Notes: generated by a model not told the origin, from the sequence alone. A stretch of 64,000 bases of DNA from Flavobacteriaceae bacterium (GCA_047621945.1 JBLHMK010000001.1:22237-86236); one strand, 5' to 3'; numbered from the stretch's first letter, positions 9,705-20,367 are shown. Translations and numbers: made by a program.

Positions 9705-10781
9705 ATGAAAAAGTTAAATAAGTGGCTGATGCCAGTTTTCGTGACGCTCGTTACTTTGCTATTATTTAAAACAGCTTTATTGAGTCTTACAGAAGAAAAC
9801 AGACCCGTGCCTAGAGCTAAAATCGCTGGAATGAACCTGTTCGGCAATTGCGAAGAATCTGAAAGTCATAATATTACAGAGAGTCTTACCGCCCCTCAAC
9901 GTATTCATCCTGTTCGCATAAGCGGAGAAGTTTTGTTCGCAAATGAACTAGTACCTCTAAATGATCAAGAAGTGCGAGAAAGATTTGATAGAGAACTTCT
10001 TGTAAATACCTTTTGGCATTCAAATACCATGTTGAATTATAAATTGTCTAGTAAGTATTTTGAAGATATTGAACGTATTTTAGAAGAGAATGGAGTACCA
10101 GGCGACTTTAAGTATTTAGCCGTAGCTGAGAGTGGATTGAGAAACGTAGTTTCACCTGCAGGAGCTGCTGGTTATTGGCAGTTTTTACGTTCAACAGGTT
10201 TAGAGTATGGGCTTGAAATTAATAATGAAGTAGATGAACGCTACGATTATGTGAAAGCAACATCCGCGGCTTGTGAGTATCTAAAGGATGCCAAGGCAAG
10301 ATTTGGTACTTGGACGCTAGCTGCAGCTAGTTATAATGTGGGAATGGCTAAACTAAGTAAAAGATTGCAAGAACAACAAGTAGACAATTATTACGATTTA
10401 TACCTTAACTCAGAAACATCTCGCTACTTATTTCGAATTTTATCGTATAAAATGGTTTTTGAGAACCCAGATAAATTTGGATTCGATTTCGTAAAAAAAG
10501 ACTTTTACGATCCGTATCAATACAAGAATGTGGTAGTAGAAAATTCTATTGCTGATTTAGCCCAGTTCGCAATTGATAATGGCACTACATACAAAATGTT
10601 GAAAGTAGTAAACCCTTGGTTGACAGCTAAAATATTGACAATAAGTACTGGGAATAGTTACAGCATTAAAATCCCAACGAGCTATGTTGACGAAGCTTTT
10701 CATGGTGCGGAATACGAAGAAAAAGGGGTCGTAGAATTTGATGAAAGTAATGATCTTAACGAAATAGAAATTAGTGAATAA
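9705..10781 (+). CDS. Lytic transglycosylase domain protein (SLT family)
   Basis: 358-aa ORF with an N-terminal TM/signal segment. SLT motifs are AVAESGLRN (catalytic Glu), AAGYWQFL and ASYNVG. Confidence 0.8.
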   Translation: MKKLNKWLMPVFVTLVTLLLFKTALLSLTEENRPVPRAKIAGMNLFGNCEESESHNITESLTAPQRIHPVRISGEVLFANELVPLNDQEVRERFDRELLVNTFWHSNTMLNYKLSSKYFEDIERILEENGVPGDFKYLAVAESGLRNVVSPAGAAGYWQFLRSTGLEYGLEINNEVDERYDYVKATSAACEYLKDAKARFGTWTLAAASYNVGMAKLSKRLQEQQVDNYYDLYLNSETSRYLFRILSYKMVFENPDKFGFDFVKKDFYDPYQYKNVVVENSIADLAQFAIDNGTTYKMLKVVNPWLTAKILTISTGNSYSIKIPTSYVDEAFHGAEYEEKGVVEFDESNDLNEIEISE

Positions 10782-11206
10782 TGACAGATTTATCTTTGTT
10801 TAAATACAAGTTTCCCTTACAAATGCGCTGGAATGATCTTGATGCATTAGGGCATGTAAATAATGCACTGTTTATTACCTATTTTGAAACGGCTAGAGGA
10901 AGATATATGTTAGAAGCTTGTCCAGGTTGGGATTGGAGGAAACAGATGTTTTTGATAGGAAATGTAAATGCCAGTTTTCAAAAAGAATTGTTGTTAGATG
11001 CTTCAAACCCTCAAGTGTGGATGCGTACATCTAAAGTTGGCAATAAGAGTTTTGAATTAAGCTATGCTATAGTGAGCGAAGGAAAAGATGGCGATATCAT
11101 ACATGCCACTGGGAATACTACTCAGATAATGTTCGATATGCGCTCGAAGCAGACAATCTTGATTCCAGATTGGATCAAAGAAGCTCTTTCAGCATACGAA
11201 GGCTAG
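10781..11206 (+). CDS. Acyl-CoA thioesterase, 4HBT (YbgC-like) family
   Basis: 141-aa ORF. Hotdog-fold motif RWNDLDALGHVNNALFITYFETARG. ATG overlaps the upstream stop (TAATG). Confidence 0.8.
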   Translation: MTDLSLFKYKFPLQMRWNDLDALGHVNNALFITYFETARGRYMLEACPGWDWRKQMFLIGNVNASFQKELLLDASNPQVWMRTSKVGNKSFELSYAIVSEGKDGDIIHATGNTTQIMFDMRSKQTILIPDWIKEALSAYEG

Positions 11207-11889
11207 TCCTTGTACCTTTCACTAAAGACCTTTAGGTGATCAGGTAGACGCTTGGTACTCATTTTCACCCAGTTTAATCTTAACTGGTCTTTTTCCTCTG
11301 CGTTTAGTTGCCATGATACTTGGCTTTGTCGCATTTGTTTACTTAGATGTTGAAGGATAATTGCTGCACTCACTGAAATGTTTAAGCTTTCCGTATGACC
11401 AATCATAGGGATTTTTAAAAACACATCGGCCTGGTCTAAAACGGTTTGACTCAAACCTTTCTTTTCTGCACCAAAGAAGAAAACTGATTTTTTGCTTGCA
11501 TCAAATTCCTCAAGGGTACAATCATTCGTATGAGGAGTAGTAGCCACAATTTGATAGCCATCCTTTCGCAAAGTATCAATGGCAAGTTGCGTATCGTCAT
11601 ATTTATGAACATCCACCCATTTATTAGCTCCCTTGCTCACATTTTTTGAAAGCTTGAATTCATTAAATGTTTCTATTACATGGCAGTCTTGTATACCAAA
11701 GCAATCACATGACCGAATTACTGCATTACTATTATGTGATTGGAATAAATTCTCTAAGGCAACAGCGAAGTGCCTCGTACGTTCTTCTATGACCTTGTCA
11801 AGCTGTTCCTTCCGCTCATCAGTTAGGAACTGAGAAAGGTGGTATAAAAGAGCCTTAGCTTTATCCATGGCATGAAGATAAGAAGTCAA
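11203..11889 (-). CDS. SpoU/TrmH-family RNA 2'-O-methyltransferase
   Basis: 228-aa ORF. SPOUT motifs FFFGAEKKGLS and IPMIGHTESLNISVSAAIILQHL. The first Met is taken from the track, and an internal start (MDKAK) is possible. Confidence 0.8.
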   Translation of the reverse strand: MTSYLHAMDKAKALLYHLSQFLTDERKEQLDKVIEERTRHFAVALENLFQSHNSNAVIRSCDCFGIQDCHVIETFNEFKLSKNVSKGANKWVDVHKYDDTQLAIDTLRKDGYQIVATTPHTNDCTLEEFDASKKSVFFFGAEKKGLSQTVLDQADVFLKIPMIGHTESLNISVSAAIILQHLSKQMRQSQVSWQLNAEEKDQLRLNWVKMSTKRLPDHLKVFSERYKD

Positions 11890-11904
11890 AAATAAAGTCC
11901 AAGC

Positions 11905-13626
11905 TTAAAAGGAAAAACTATATTGCCTCATGCTTACGTTACCTCTTTCATCAGCCACAAGAAATTCAAAGTCATTGACGCCCTTTACCGTGTTCTCATC
12001 TATGGTGTAGCTCATGAGATTTCGTTTAGCATCGTAAGCCATAATGACCCACTTGCCGTTCACAAAAGCATTGTAGGTTTCGATGCCAGAAAAATTATCA
12101 CTAACTCTAAACTCGATTTTCTTTTGATAGGTCATTTGTTTCCCTTCACTAATATTGAGAGCTGAAATCTTGGGCGCAATAGTATCTAAATCAATAAAAT
12201 AAGTACCCAATTTTCGGGTTTCACCATGAATAAATCCTTCTCTAGCCATGCCGCCAATAGACTTTTTCCTATTCTTGTAGTCATAATAGGCGATCAAGTA
12301 TTTATCTAGTTTGCTGGTATCGATATCATGGTATTTTAGTGCAATATCAAAGTACCCAGATACAGGAGTCTGACTATTGTGAAGTTCGATGTATGGGCCA
12401 TAGGAATTATGCGCTCGTTCCTTGTATTGGAAATATAAATCATCAAACAAAACGCTTTCACCTAAACTAATACGAACATTATCGTTTCTAAATTGATTGC
12501 GCTCTCCCGCTAGAAAAAGTGAGCTGTACTCTTCTTCTTTTGGAGTGAAAAAGCTCCCCTCAGCTTGATATTGAACCTTGAAGTTGGCAATAGAAGTGTT
12601 TCCATGGAAATCACTCACTTCGATTCGAATAGAATGAACTGCATCATCAAGTAATAGGATTTCCCCTTGATTGAACAAGAGGGGATAGGTAGGAAGTTTA
12701 TTTCCTTTTTCCACGAAGCACTTATGTACGGTATTGTTGTGATTCTTTTTTTGCCAATAATCACAATGGCTAAAAACATGCTTAGTGTTATCAAATGACA
12801 ACTCGTCAACTCGATAATGGAAATTGAGATTTTCGTTGTCATACAATTTTACTTCATAGACGCCATTCTTATTGCTCGTTCCGGTAAATAAATCTACGGA
12901 ATGGACACCTATTCCCAGCTGTTGAGTGTTTACTAGAACCGTTGAGTTCAATTTATAGTTACCCGAACTAACTAAGGTTGTTTTCAATTTTTTACTAGCA
13001 GTAAACTGTCTTTGCTCATCCAAATTGTAAAAGAACAAATTGTAAATACTAGGTTTGGCCTGATCAATAATCCAATCTTTAAATCCATAAAGTAAAGGAT
13101 TCAATGGATGCTCTAAACTATCGCGTAATTCAAAATGTAAATGTGGCCCACCTGAGCCCCCAGAATTACCCGACTTAGCAATTACATCACCCTTGTCTAT
13201 AGGGAATAAACTTGGATCCATAAATTCCATGTTAATAGCAAATTCACTTTGCATTCGTTGTTGCTGTTTAACCCATTCTTGAATTTCGCTGCTAAATTTC
13301 TGAAGGTGCCCATAAACGGACACTATTCCGTTAGGATGAGTAAGGTAAAGCGCATTGCCATAACCATATGGCGAAACTGCTACCCTAGAAATATAACCTT
13401 CTGCAACCGCATAAATACTTTTTCCTTCAACTCCTTGAGTTTTAATATCAATACCCGTATGAAAGTGTGTACTTCTTGGTTCTCCAAAGGTGCCAGATAA
13501 ATAGATCTTTACATCAACAGGTGACCGGAAATAACCCTCTGGAACAATAGGCAGCGTTGCAAACAACCCTTGACTAAAGACAAATGAAAACAAAAAAACA
13601 AGCAAGTAAAAATGGATACTTTTCAT
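11905..13626 (-). CDS. M23 family metallopeptidase
   Basis: Zinc-site motifs HFHTGIDI and GGPHLHFEL. The start is moved to Met23 of the track ORF (MKSIHFYLLVFLFSFVFSQG), which gives a clean signal peptide. The track ORF begins at a TTG 66 nt upstream. Confidence 0.8.
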   Translation of the reverse strand: MKSIHFYLLVFLFSFVFSQGLFATLPIVPEGYFRSPVDVKIYLSGTFGEPRSTHFHTGIDIKTQGVEGKSIYAVAEGYISRVAVSPYGYGNALYLTHPNGIVSVYGHLQKFSSEIQEWVKQQQRMQSEFAINMEFMDPSLFPIDKGDVIAKSGNSGGSGGPHLHFELRDSLEHPLNPLLYGFKDWIIDQAKPSIYNLFFYNLDEQRQFTASKKLKTTLVSSGNYKLNSTVLVNTQQLGIGVHSVDLFTGTSNKNGVYEVKLYDNENLNFHYRVDELSFDNTKHVFSHCDYWQKKNHNNTVHKCFVEKGNKLPTYPLLFNQGEILLLDDAVHSIRIEVSDFHGNTSIANFKVQYQAEGSFFTPKEEEYSSLFLAGERNQFRNDNVRISLGESVLFDDLYFQYKERAHNSYGPYIELHNSQTPVSGYFDIALKYHDIDTSKLDKYLIAYYDYKNRKKSIGGMAREGFIHGETRKLGTYFIDLDTIAPKISALNISEGKQMTYQKKIEFRVSDNFSGIETYNAFVNGKWVIMAYDAKRNLMSYTIDENTVKGVNDFEFLVADERGNVSMRQYSFSF

Positions 13627-13707
13627 TGTCGTAAATTTAATAGATTCTATAGGGATAATACAATTACGATACCAACATGCAAGAGTGGACAATTGCTAAG
13701 AAAAGGA

Positions 13708-13740
13708 CAAAAAAAAGGAGAACCTAAGGTTCTCCTTCTA
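13708..13740 (-). terminator. Intrinsic terminator of the RND efflux operon
   Basis: 10-bp stem aaggagaacc / ggttctcctt with a 3-nt loop, immediately after the stop at 13746. A T8 run follows on the minus strand (A-run on plus). Confidence 0.75.
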
Positions 13741-13745
13741 TATAA

Positions 13746-16700
13746 TTATTTGAACATGTTCGCAAGCTTATTGCCTGCTCGATCAAACAATAGAATCATT
13801 ACTGGAACAATTACTAATGTTAAGAATGTAGCAAAGGTTAATCCGTAAATAACGGTCCAACTTAGTGCTCCCCAGAAAATAACATTATCACCCCCAATGT
13901 AGAAATTAGGCTCTAACTGAGTTATTAAACCACTAAAATCGATATTTATTCCTACTGCTAATGGAATAAGACCTAAAACAGTGGTTATTGCCGTCAATAG
14001 TACGGGTCTTAGACGTGTTTTACCTGCAGCGACAATTGCCGTTGTAATATCAGTTCTATTCAGACGTGTTTTCATCGACATTCCCATGTCTTTTTTCATT
14101 CTATCTCTGGTCAATTGAGTGAAATCCATCAATACAATCGCATTATTCACAACAACTCCTGCCAAGGAAATAATTCCAATCATGGTCATGATAATTACGA
14201 ATTGGTCTCCAAAAACTGCGATTCCCAAGAATACGCCAATAAAGCTAAACAATACCGAAAGTAGAATGATGATCGGAGCGGTTACCGAATTAAACTGAGT
14301 TACAATAATCAAGAAAATTGAGAAGACAGCAATCATTAATGCTGTTTTTAGGAAGGCCATGGACTTCTCTTGTTCTTCCTGTTCTCCAGTAAAGTTTATT
14401 TTATAACCATCCTTAAGTGAAATGTTCTCTGCTATCAGCTTTTCAAGGGTTGCAATAATTTCATTTGCATTTCCGCCTTCTTCCAAATTAGAGTAAAGTG
14501 TAACCACCCGGTCTAAATCAACTCTTCGAACAGAGCCTAAACTAGAAGTATATTTAACCGTGGCCATTGCCGAAATAGGAACTTGTTTCACTTTTCCATC
14601 TGATTGATCTCTAAACGTGATTAACATGTTTTTTAAAGACTCTAAATCATAACGCTGATCTGTTTGTAAACGAAGCATAATTGGATAGTCATCATCACCT
14701 TCATTGTAAGTCGAAATTTCCTTTCCAAATAAAGCAGTTCTTAATGAGCTAGCTACTTGAGCAGTGGATAAACCATAAGTTCTTGTAGCGGCACGATCAA
14801 TATCAAACAACAATTCTGGTTTGCCTAAATCTAAATTTGATTTTAATTTTTCAATACCTTCAACTTCACCTTTAAGCATCGCATTGTTAATGAGTGTTCG
14901 AACTTCATCGTGAACTTTAAACAACTCTTCAAACTCTTCACCGCTAATAGCTATATTAATTGGTGGGCCTACTGGAGGACCATTAGGGTCTTTTGAAACC
15001 GAAACAACTGCACCAGGTATTTGCCCTACTACATCACGAATTTCATTCATCGCTTTAGTTGTATTGAATCGTTCTGTCTCCCCATCCACATGAGTCACTT
15101 CCGTTCTGTTTTCATATTGAACAAAAGAAATGGTCAACTTGGCTTTGTTTGGGGTTTTACCTTGGTTCTCCCCGGCCTGACCAGAATTTGGATCAGATGT
15201 TCCTTCTCCTACATTAGTTAGGACAGATTCAACATTCAATCCAGTTCCAATACCATATTGCTCCATTGCGGCAATCACATCTTGCTCAACTATCCGAACC
15301 TTTTTATTGGTGTATTCTATATCGGTTCCTGTAGGAAATTCTACGAATACGTTGACATAGTTAGGTTGCCCTTCTGGGAAGAAAACCACTTCTGGCTGTC
15401 TTGCATCAAAGAACATCGCCGAACCTACAAGCATAAAAAACATACTGATAAATAGTATGATTGGCATACTTCCAGTTAAAGCCCAATGTACAAAACGTTC
15501 ATATTTACCCTCAACCCAGGGAAGAATTCTTTCTTGAAAATATTTTGCTGCAGGTGAAAGGAAATACTTATTAATCAAAAAGATTAATACAACACCAAAC
15601 ATGATGTTCCCAATTACAACTGCTGGAGTAATTGATTTATTCAGTCCTACAACTATCAATACAAGACCTAGAACTAAAGGAATACCATTGAGCAACCAAA
15701 ATGAAAGAGGTTTCATTTTCTTCTTAGTTTTGACTTCTTCATCCAGCTTCATGAAGAAAGAAGTCAAAACAGGATTAATAACCAAGGCTACAAATAATGA
15801 ACTACTTAATACTATCATTAAAGTGATAGGTAAGTACTTCATAAATTCACCCATGATGTCTTTCCAAAATATTAATGGAAAAAACGCAGCTAGAGTAGTA
15901 GCCGTAGAAGCAATAATAGGAACTGCAACTTCACCCACACCTTCTTTAGAGGCTGTTAGAATATCTTTTCCTTCTTGCAATAAACGGTAAATATTTTCAA
16001 CAACTACAATTCCATTATCCACCAACATTCCTAAGGCGAGGACTAACGAGAATAGTACCATGATATTCAGGGTAACTCCCATCAAGTTTAGGATTAAAAA
16101 ACCCATTACCATACTCATTGGAATTGCTATTCCTACGAAGAGGGCATTTCTTAAGCCTAAGAAAAATAAAAGCACGAGTACGACTAGAATTATACCTGAG
16201 ATGATGCTGTTTTCTAAATTTGCTACTTGCAATTTTGTTTGCAATGAAGTATCGTTTGTAATCGTTACTGTCAGATCGTCTTCAAACTTATCTTTTTTAG
16301 CTTTAGCAATGATAGCATTGATTTTATCAACTGCCACGATTAAGTTTTCACCACTTCGCTTCATTACATCTAAAGAAACCACTGGTTTACCACCAATTCT
16401 TGCGTAACTATCTGTCTCTTTAGCTTTAAAGCTTATTGTTGCTATATCTTTTAGAAATACGGGTTTTTGAAATTCACTTTTAACAATGATATCTTTGATT
16501 TGACTGACATCACCGAATTCACCAACAATACGAACGGTTCTTCGATTATCTCCTACTAGAAGATCTCCCGCCGAAATTGTCATATTTTCATAGTTTATGG
16601 CATCTTCGATATCCTTAAAACTAACTTTAGCAGCTTCCATTTTAGCATTATCTACAGATATACTAACTTCCTTGTCTAGGCTTCCTCGTATTTCAACTTT

Positions 16701-17255
16701 GGATACTTGCGATAAATTCTCTATTTCATCTTCAAGGTATTCCGCATACTCTTTTAACTGTTCAAGAGAATAGTTGTCGCCACTTAGATTGATATTAATA
16801 AATGGAATCGAAGCAAAATCTAATTCAAATACATTAGGCTCCTGGTCCATATCAGAAGGCAATTCGCTTTGCGCTTTATCTACAGCGTCCTTAACATCAA
16901 GGAGCGCTTCACTTACATCTACATCAAAATCAAACTTAACAATGGTAGTTGAGTAATCTTGAATTGCTGTAGATGAAATGGAAGTAACATCTGTTATAGT
17001 GTTAATCTCTTTTTCGATGTGCCTTGTAATTAGGTTTTCCATATCCTCAGGTGAATTACCTGGATATGCCACACCAACGTAAATAGTTGGTACGTTAATC
17101 TCTGGAAAATTTTCACGAGGCATAGAATTGTATGCTCCAATACCCGTAATTAATATAAGGAACATCAAAATTACTACGCTTGTTCTATTATCAACCGATA
17201 AGGTTGACAAGAAGAATTCACGTGTTATTTGATTTGATTTTTTATCTTGACTCAT
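13746..17255 (-). CDS. Efflux RND transporter permease subunit (AcrB/HAE family)
   Basis: 1169-aa ORF with a 12-TM / two large periplasmic loop architecture and typical RND sequence (e.g. GMLVDNGIVVVENI, AGVVVNNAIVLMDF). Confidence 0.9.
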   Translation of the reverse strand: MSQDKKSNQITREFFLSTLSVDNRTSVVILMFLILITGIGAYNSMPRENFPEINVPTIYVGVAYPGNSPEDMENLITRHIEKEINTITDVTSISSTAIQDYSTTIVKFDFDVDVSEALLDVKDAVDKAQSELPSDMDQEPNVFELDFASIPFININLSGDNYSLEQLKEYAEYLEDEIENLSQVSKVEIRGSLDKEVSISVDNAKMEAAKVSFKDIEDAINYENMTISAGDLLVGDNRRTVRIVGEFGDVSQIKDIIVKSEFQKPVFLKDIATISFKAKETDSYARIGGKPVVSLDVMKRSGENLIVAVDKINAIIAKAKKDKFEDDLTVTITNDTSLQTKLQVANLENSIISGIILVVLVLLFFLGLRNALFVGIAIPMSMVMGFLILNLMGVTLNIMVLFSLVLALGMLVDNGIVVVENIYRLLQEGKDILTASKEGVGEVAVPIIASTATTLAAFFPLIFWKDIMGEFMKYLPITLMIVLSSSLFVALVINPVLTSFFMKLDEEVKTKKKMKPLSFWLLNGIPLVLGLVLIVVGLNKSITPAVVIGNIMFGVVLIFLINKYFLSPAAKYFQERILPWVEGKYERFVHWALTGSMPIILFISMFFMLVGSAMFFDARQPEVVFFPEGQPNYVNVFVEFPTGTDIEYTNKKVRIVEQDVIAAMEQYGIGTGLNVESVLTNVGEGTSDPNSGQAGENQGKTPNKAKLTISFVQYENRTEVTHVDGETERFNTTKAMNEIRDVVGQIPGAVVSVSKDPNGPPVGPPINIAISGEEFEELFKVHDEVRTLINNAMLKGEVEGIEKLKSNLDLGKPELLFDIDRAATRTYGLSTAQVASSLRTALFGKEISTYNEGDDDYPIMLRLQTDQRYDLESLKNMLITFRDQSDGKVKQVPISAMATVKYTSSLGSVRRVDLDRVVTLYSNLEEGGNANEIIATLEKLIAENISLKDGYKINFTGEQEEQEKSMAFLKTALMIAVFSIFLIIVTQFNSVTAPIIILLSVLFSFIGVFLGIAVFGDQFVIIMTMIGIISLAGVVVNNAIVLMDFTQLTRDRMKKDMGMSMKTRLNRTDITTAIVAAGKTRLRPVLLTAITTVLGLIPLAVGINIDFSGLITQLEPNFYIGGDNVIFWGALSWTVIYGLTFATFLTLVIVPVMILLFDRAGNKLANMFK

Positions 17256-17281
17256 TGCAATCAGCTTATTCGTTCAATAAA

Positions 17282-18421
17282 TTATTTTTGGATATGGATA
17301 AATTGTCCATCCAATACGTTTCGGAAACCTTCATTAATGATCACATCTTCTGCACCTAAACCGGAAGTAACTAGTATGTTTCCACCATAGCTTTCTCCAA
17401 CTTCAATTACTTTCTTAACTGCGATAGTTTCCATGCTTAGTGTATCAATGGTAGCCGTGTAGACGAAGTAACCTTTAGAAGATTCTTGCAGAAGACTCGT
17501 CGGTATTGTGATGGCATCTTTTACCGACTCATTCGTAAATTTTGCTTTAACCAACATATTCGGCTTGATTTCTCCTTTACTATTTTCTATCGCAGCTATA
17601 ATTTGAAATGCACGATTGTAAGTACTTACTATTTGACCAACAGAAGTAACTTTGGCGCTTTTTTCAATTCCTAGGGCTGGTAGATCAACTAGAATAATAT
17701 CTCCCTTTTTCACTTTGCCTAAATAGACTTCTGGCAAATCTATTCGAACTTCCATTTTAGAGTTATTCACTACCTGGCAAGCAGGCATTCCAGGTGAAGC
17801 CATTTCTCCAAGCTTTAAACTAATCGATTCAATATACCCACTAATAGGTGCTTGAATAGAAGTTTTACTTAACTGGGTATTTATAGAACCTTTCTTGTCA
17901 TTAAGTGATTCATAGTTGTTTTTAGCTTGTAAATACTCAATTTCAGAACCAATTTTTTGATCCCAAAGTCGTTGTCTTTTGTCAAAAACATCTTTAGCTA
18001 AGGTGATGTTTGTTTCTAATTCAGCTAGTTGACTAAGAATTACGCTGTTGTCTAATTGGATTAATGTTTTACCCTTTGAAACATATTGCCCCTCATTAAC
18101 AAGAACACGAGTTACTAAACCACCCATATCAGTAGTCACCATTACGTTGTTTTCTGTATATGTTTTTCCTTGAGCTTCTATGTAATTGTTGAATTCACCT
18201 TTAGCTAAGTCAATAACTGTAACTAGCTCTAATTTCTCCTCTTTTGAGGTGCTGTCTAGTTCCTCGATGCTTACTTCTAAAGCATTCAGCTTGGCTTCCA
18301 TTGTTTTGATTTCAGCTTCCACTTTGCTTTTTTGGCTTTTTAATTCTCCCAAAGTGGAATTTTCTCCGCAAGCAGAGAATAACATTAATCCGACTAATAA
18401 TAATTTGATGCTACTTTTCAT
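17282..18421 (-). CDS. Efflux RND periplasmic adaptor (membrane fusion protein)
   Basis: 379-aa ORF. Lipoprotein signal (LFSAC), coiled-coil hairpin region and barrel-sandwich motifs. Sits between the tolC-like and RND genes. Confidence 0.85.
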   Translation of the reverse strand: MKSSIKLLLVGLMLFSACGENSTLGELKSQKSKVEAEIKTMEAKLNALEVSIEELDSTSKEEKLELVTVIDLAKGEFNNYIEAQGKTYTENNVMVTTDMGGLVTRVLVNEGQYVSKGKTLIQLDNSVILSQLAELETNITLAKDVFDKRQRLWDQKIGSEIEYLQAKNNYESLNDKKGSINTQLSKTSIQAPISGYIESISLKLGEMASPGMPACQVVNNSKMEVRIDLPEVYLGKVKKGDIILVDLPALGIEKSAKVTSVGQIVSTYNRAFQIIAAIENSKGEIKPNMLVKAKFTNESVKDAITIPTSLLQESSKGYFVYTATIDTLSMETIAVKKVIEVGESYGGNILVTSGLGAEDVIINEGFRNVLDGQFIHIQK

Positions 18422-18431
18422 TGTTGTTTTT

Positions 18432-19745
18432 TTATAAAGAACCTAAGGCTTTGTTTACGTCAAGTTTTGCAATTAATAAATTGTATAAGGATTGGGTGTA
18501 ATTAATCATTGTGTTGGTGTATTCTTGTTGGGCTTGAGAAAGCTCGAAACTACTTCCAACTCCTTCATTGAACATGATAATAGTTTTATTCAAGATCTTG
18601 TCTGCCAAAGCTAAATTTTCAACTTGATTATTATATTCGCTAATGGCATTTGCCATGTTGTTTTGCGAATTAGATACTTGTAGGTCAATTACTTCCTTGA
18701 TATTAGCTTGATTGTTTTCAATTATTTGAAGTTCCAGCTTACGTTGTTGAACTTGCGATTTCGCTTTTAATCCGTCAAATACAGGGATTTTTAGTTTAAA
18801 ACCAACGGTTCCAAAGTCATACCATCTCAGGTTTGAATCGAAAAAATTGAAAGTTTCTCTTTGAGCTAAAGTCCCGTATAGGGCATAGGCATACAAGCTT
18901 GGGAAATAACTTGATCTAGCTTGTTTAATATCATACTTTCTAAGAGCTGCTTGATTGGCAAGTAGCTTAGTTTCAATACGGTTTTCTGGATCAGCTTGGG
19001 CACTTACCTCATAGCTAAAGTTTTCCATCATGGTAATGAATTCTTCGTCTAGAATGATGGTCGAATCATTGGGCATACCAATAACATACTTTAAATTTAG
19101 AAGTGCATTTTCCCATTGATTTCGCTGCTTTTCAATTTGTGTTAACAAATTTGACATGTTTAACTCTAATCGGTTAACACTTAACTCATCAATTAATCCT
19201 TCCTTATAGGTTGCGCTTGTTTCATTAAGGATTTGTCTAAGAGTAGCTTCGTTTTGACTTAAAAGGGAATAAGCTTCTTGGCTAATTAGTGCTCCGTAAT
19301 AGGCTTTTATAATACTTTCTGTAGTATTTATTCTTTGTTGTTCAACCTCGTAATCAGCGGAAGCAATTAAAGCGTTTCTTGCCTTTAAACCATAAATGTA
19401 TCTAGCGTCAAAAACAAGTTGCGATACATCTGCGGTTAAGTTTGCCGTCTGTGGTTGAGCAAAAATGAATTCTTGCTCAGTAGGGCCAAACACTCCTGCC
19501 GGAATAATACTTACTTGTTGCTCGAAAGCAAAGGCATAGTCCAAGTTTACATTAATTTGCGGAAATCCTTCTGTCATTATTTCAAAAGCATATTCTTTTC
19601 GAATCTCAGCGTTTACTTTGGCATTCTTTAAATCATTGTTGTTCTCTAACCCAAACTCGATAGCTTCTTCAAGCGACAAATTATCTTGCGCAAAAAGAGC
19701 TACAGGCAGCAAGAACAATGAAAGGATAGTTCTTAATTTATTCAT
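18432..19745 (-). CDS. TolC-family outer membrane efflux protein
   Basis: 437-aa ORF. Signal peptide (LLPVALFAQ) and a two-repeat TolC-like helical/beta pattern. Overlaps the tetR stop by 8 nt. Confidence 0.85.
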   Translation of the reverse strand: MNKLRTILSLFLLPVALFAQDNLSLEEAIEFGLENNNDLKNAKVNAEIRKEYAFEIMTEGFPQINVNLDYAFAFEQQVSIIPAGVFGPTEQEFIFAQPQTANLTADVSQLVFDARYIYGLKARNALIASADYEVEQQRINTTESIIKAYYGALISQEAYSLLSQNEATLRQILNETSATYKEGLIDELSVNRLELNMSNLLTQIEKQRNQWENALLNLKYVIGMPNDSTIILDEEFITMMENFSYEVSAQADPENRIETKLLANQAALRKYDIKQARSSYFPSLYAYALYGTLAQRETFNFFDSNLRWYDFGTVGFKLKIPVFDGLKAKSQVQQRKLELQIIENNQANIKEVIDLQVSNSQNNMANAISEYNNQVENLALADKILNKTIIMFNEGVGSSFELSQAQQEYTNTMINYTQSLYNLLIAKLDVNKALGSL

Positions 19746-20349
19746 TTTCTTCTAATTGTATGTTTTTTAAATATTTATGGCCTTTTTCAGTTGAAATACC
19801 ATGGAGGTGGTAAGCAATAAACTCTTTATATAAGTCGGAGAAATTGTAATCCGAAGGAGGGAAATTATACGGGTTAACTAAATAATCAATTGAGTTGATG
19901 TATAGTTTTGTAATTACATCTTCATCAATTCCCATCCGGTACATGCCGTCTTCTTTACCTTTTGATATATTCGCTTTTATACAGCTGTAAATAAATTCTG
20001 TTTTGAATTGATCTATTATCGTCCAAGCTTCTGGGTAGTATTTTTTAATATCGTAGATAGAAGAAGGGTGCATAGATCGAAACTGTTTCAAGCTTTCTCT
20101 AACAATGCGGATGATTTCATCAATCGCATTTTCAGCATCTGTAATTGCCGTTCCAATGACTATCTTTTCCTGTGAAAAGTGAAGCTGCAAAGTCTTCTGA
20201 ACTAGGTCAGACTTATTATCTACATATTGGTAAAGTGTTTTTTTCGAAATCCCTAACTCTCTTGAAATGTCGTCCATTGTTATTGAACGAACACCAAGTT
20301 TAAAGAAAAGTTCTTTAGCTTTGACTAATATTTGTTGTTCTTGAGTCAT
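19738..20349 (-). CDS. TetR/AcrR family transcriptional regulator (first gene of the efflux operon)
   Basis: HTH motif MDDISRELGISKKTLYQYV. The start is moved to Met11 of the track ORF (MTQEQQILVKAKELF) because the upstream extension begins with GTG and overlaps a TAnnTTTG box. Confidence 0.85.
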   Translation of the reverse strand: MTQEQQILVKAKELFFKLGVRSITMDDISRELGISKKTLYQYVDNKSDLVQKTLQLHFSQEKIVIGTAITDAENAIDEIIRIVRESLKQFRSMHPSSIYDIKKYYPEAWTIIDQFKTEFIYSCIKANISKGKEDGMYRMGIDEDVITKLYINSIDYLVNPYNFPPSDYNFSDLYKEFIAYHLHGISTEKGHKYLKNIQLEENE

Positions 20350-20359
20350 AAATTGAGTG

Positions 20360-20367
20360 CAAAAATA
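20360..20367 (-). promoter_or_regulatory. Bacteroidota -7 promoter box (TAttTTTG) for the tetR efflux operon
   Basis: The plus strand reads caaaaata, which is TATTTTTG on the minus strand. It lies 10 nt upstream of the ATG at 20349, implying a very short leader. Confidence 0.4.

Noticed and set aside
13627-13692. N-terminal extensions of several track ORFs: 11905..13692, 19738..20379, 22209..24668, 25228..25683, 25688.., 28093..29304, 30749..32335, 48073.., 49482.., 56250.. and 59631...
   Set aside because: The extensions start at TTG or GTG or at distant ATGs. They overlap TAnnTTTG boxes or a terminator hairpin (25219-25248), and they precede much better signal peptides or conserved N-termini at an internal Met. 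Shorter starts were adopted, with residual uncertainty of one start choice per gene.
15021-16956. Plus-strand ORFs inside the RND permease gene (15021..15221, 15258..15455, 15601..15990, 16060..16407, 16774..16956).
   Set aside because: They are antisense to a well-supported 1169-aa RND gene. They are typical shadow ORFs with no independent signals.
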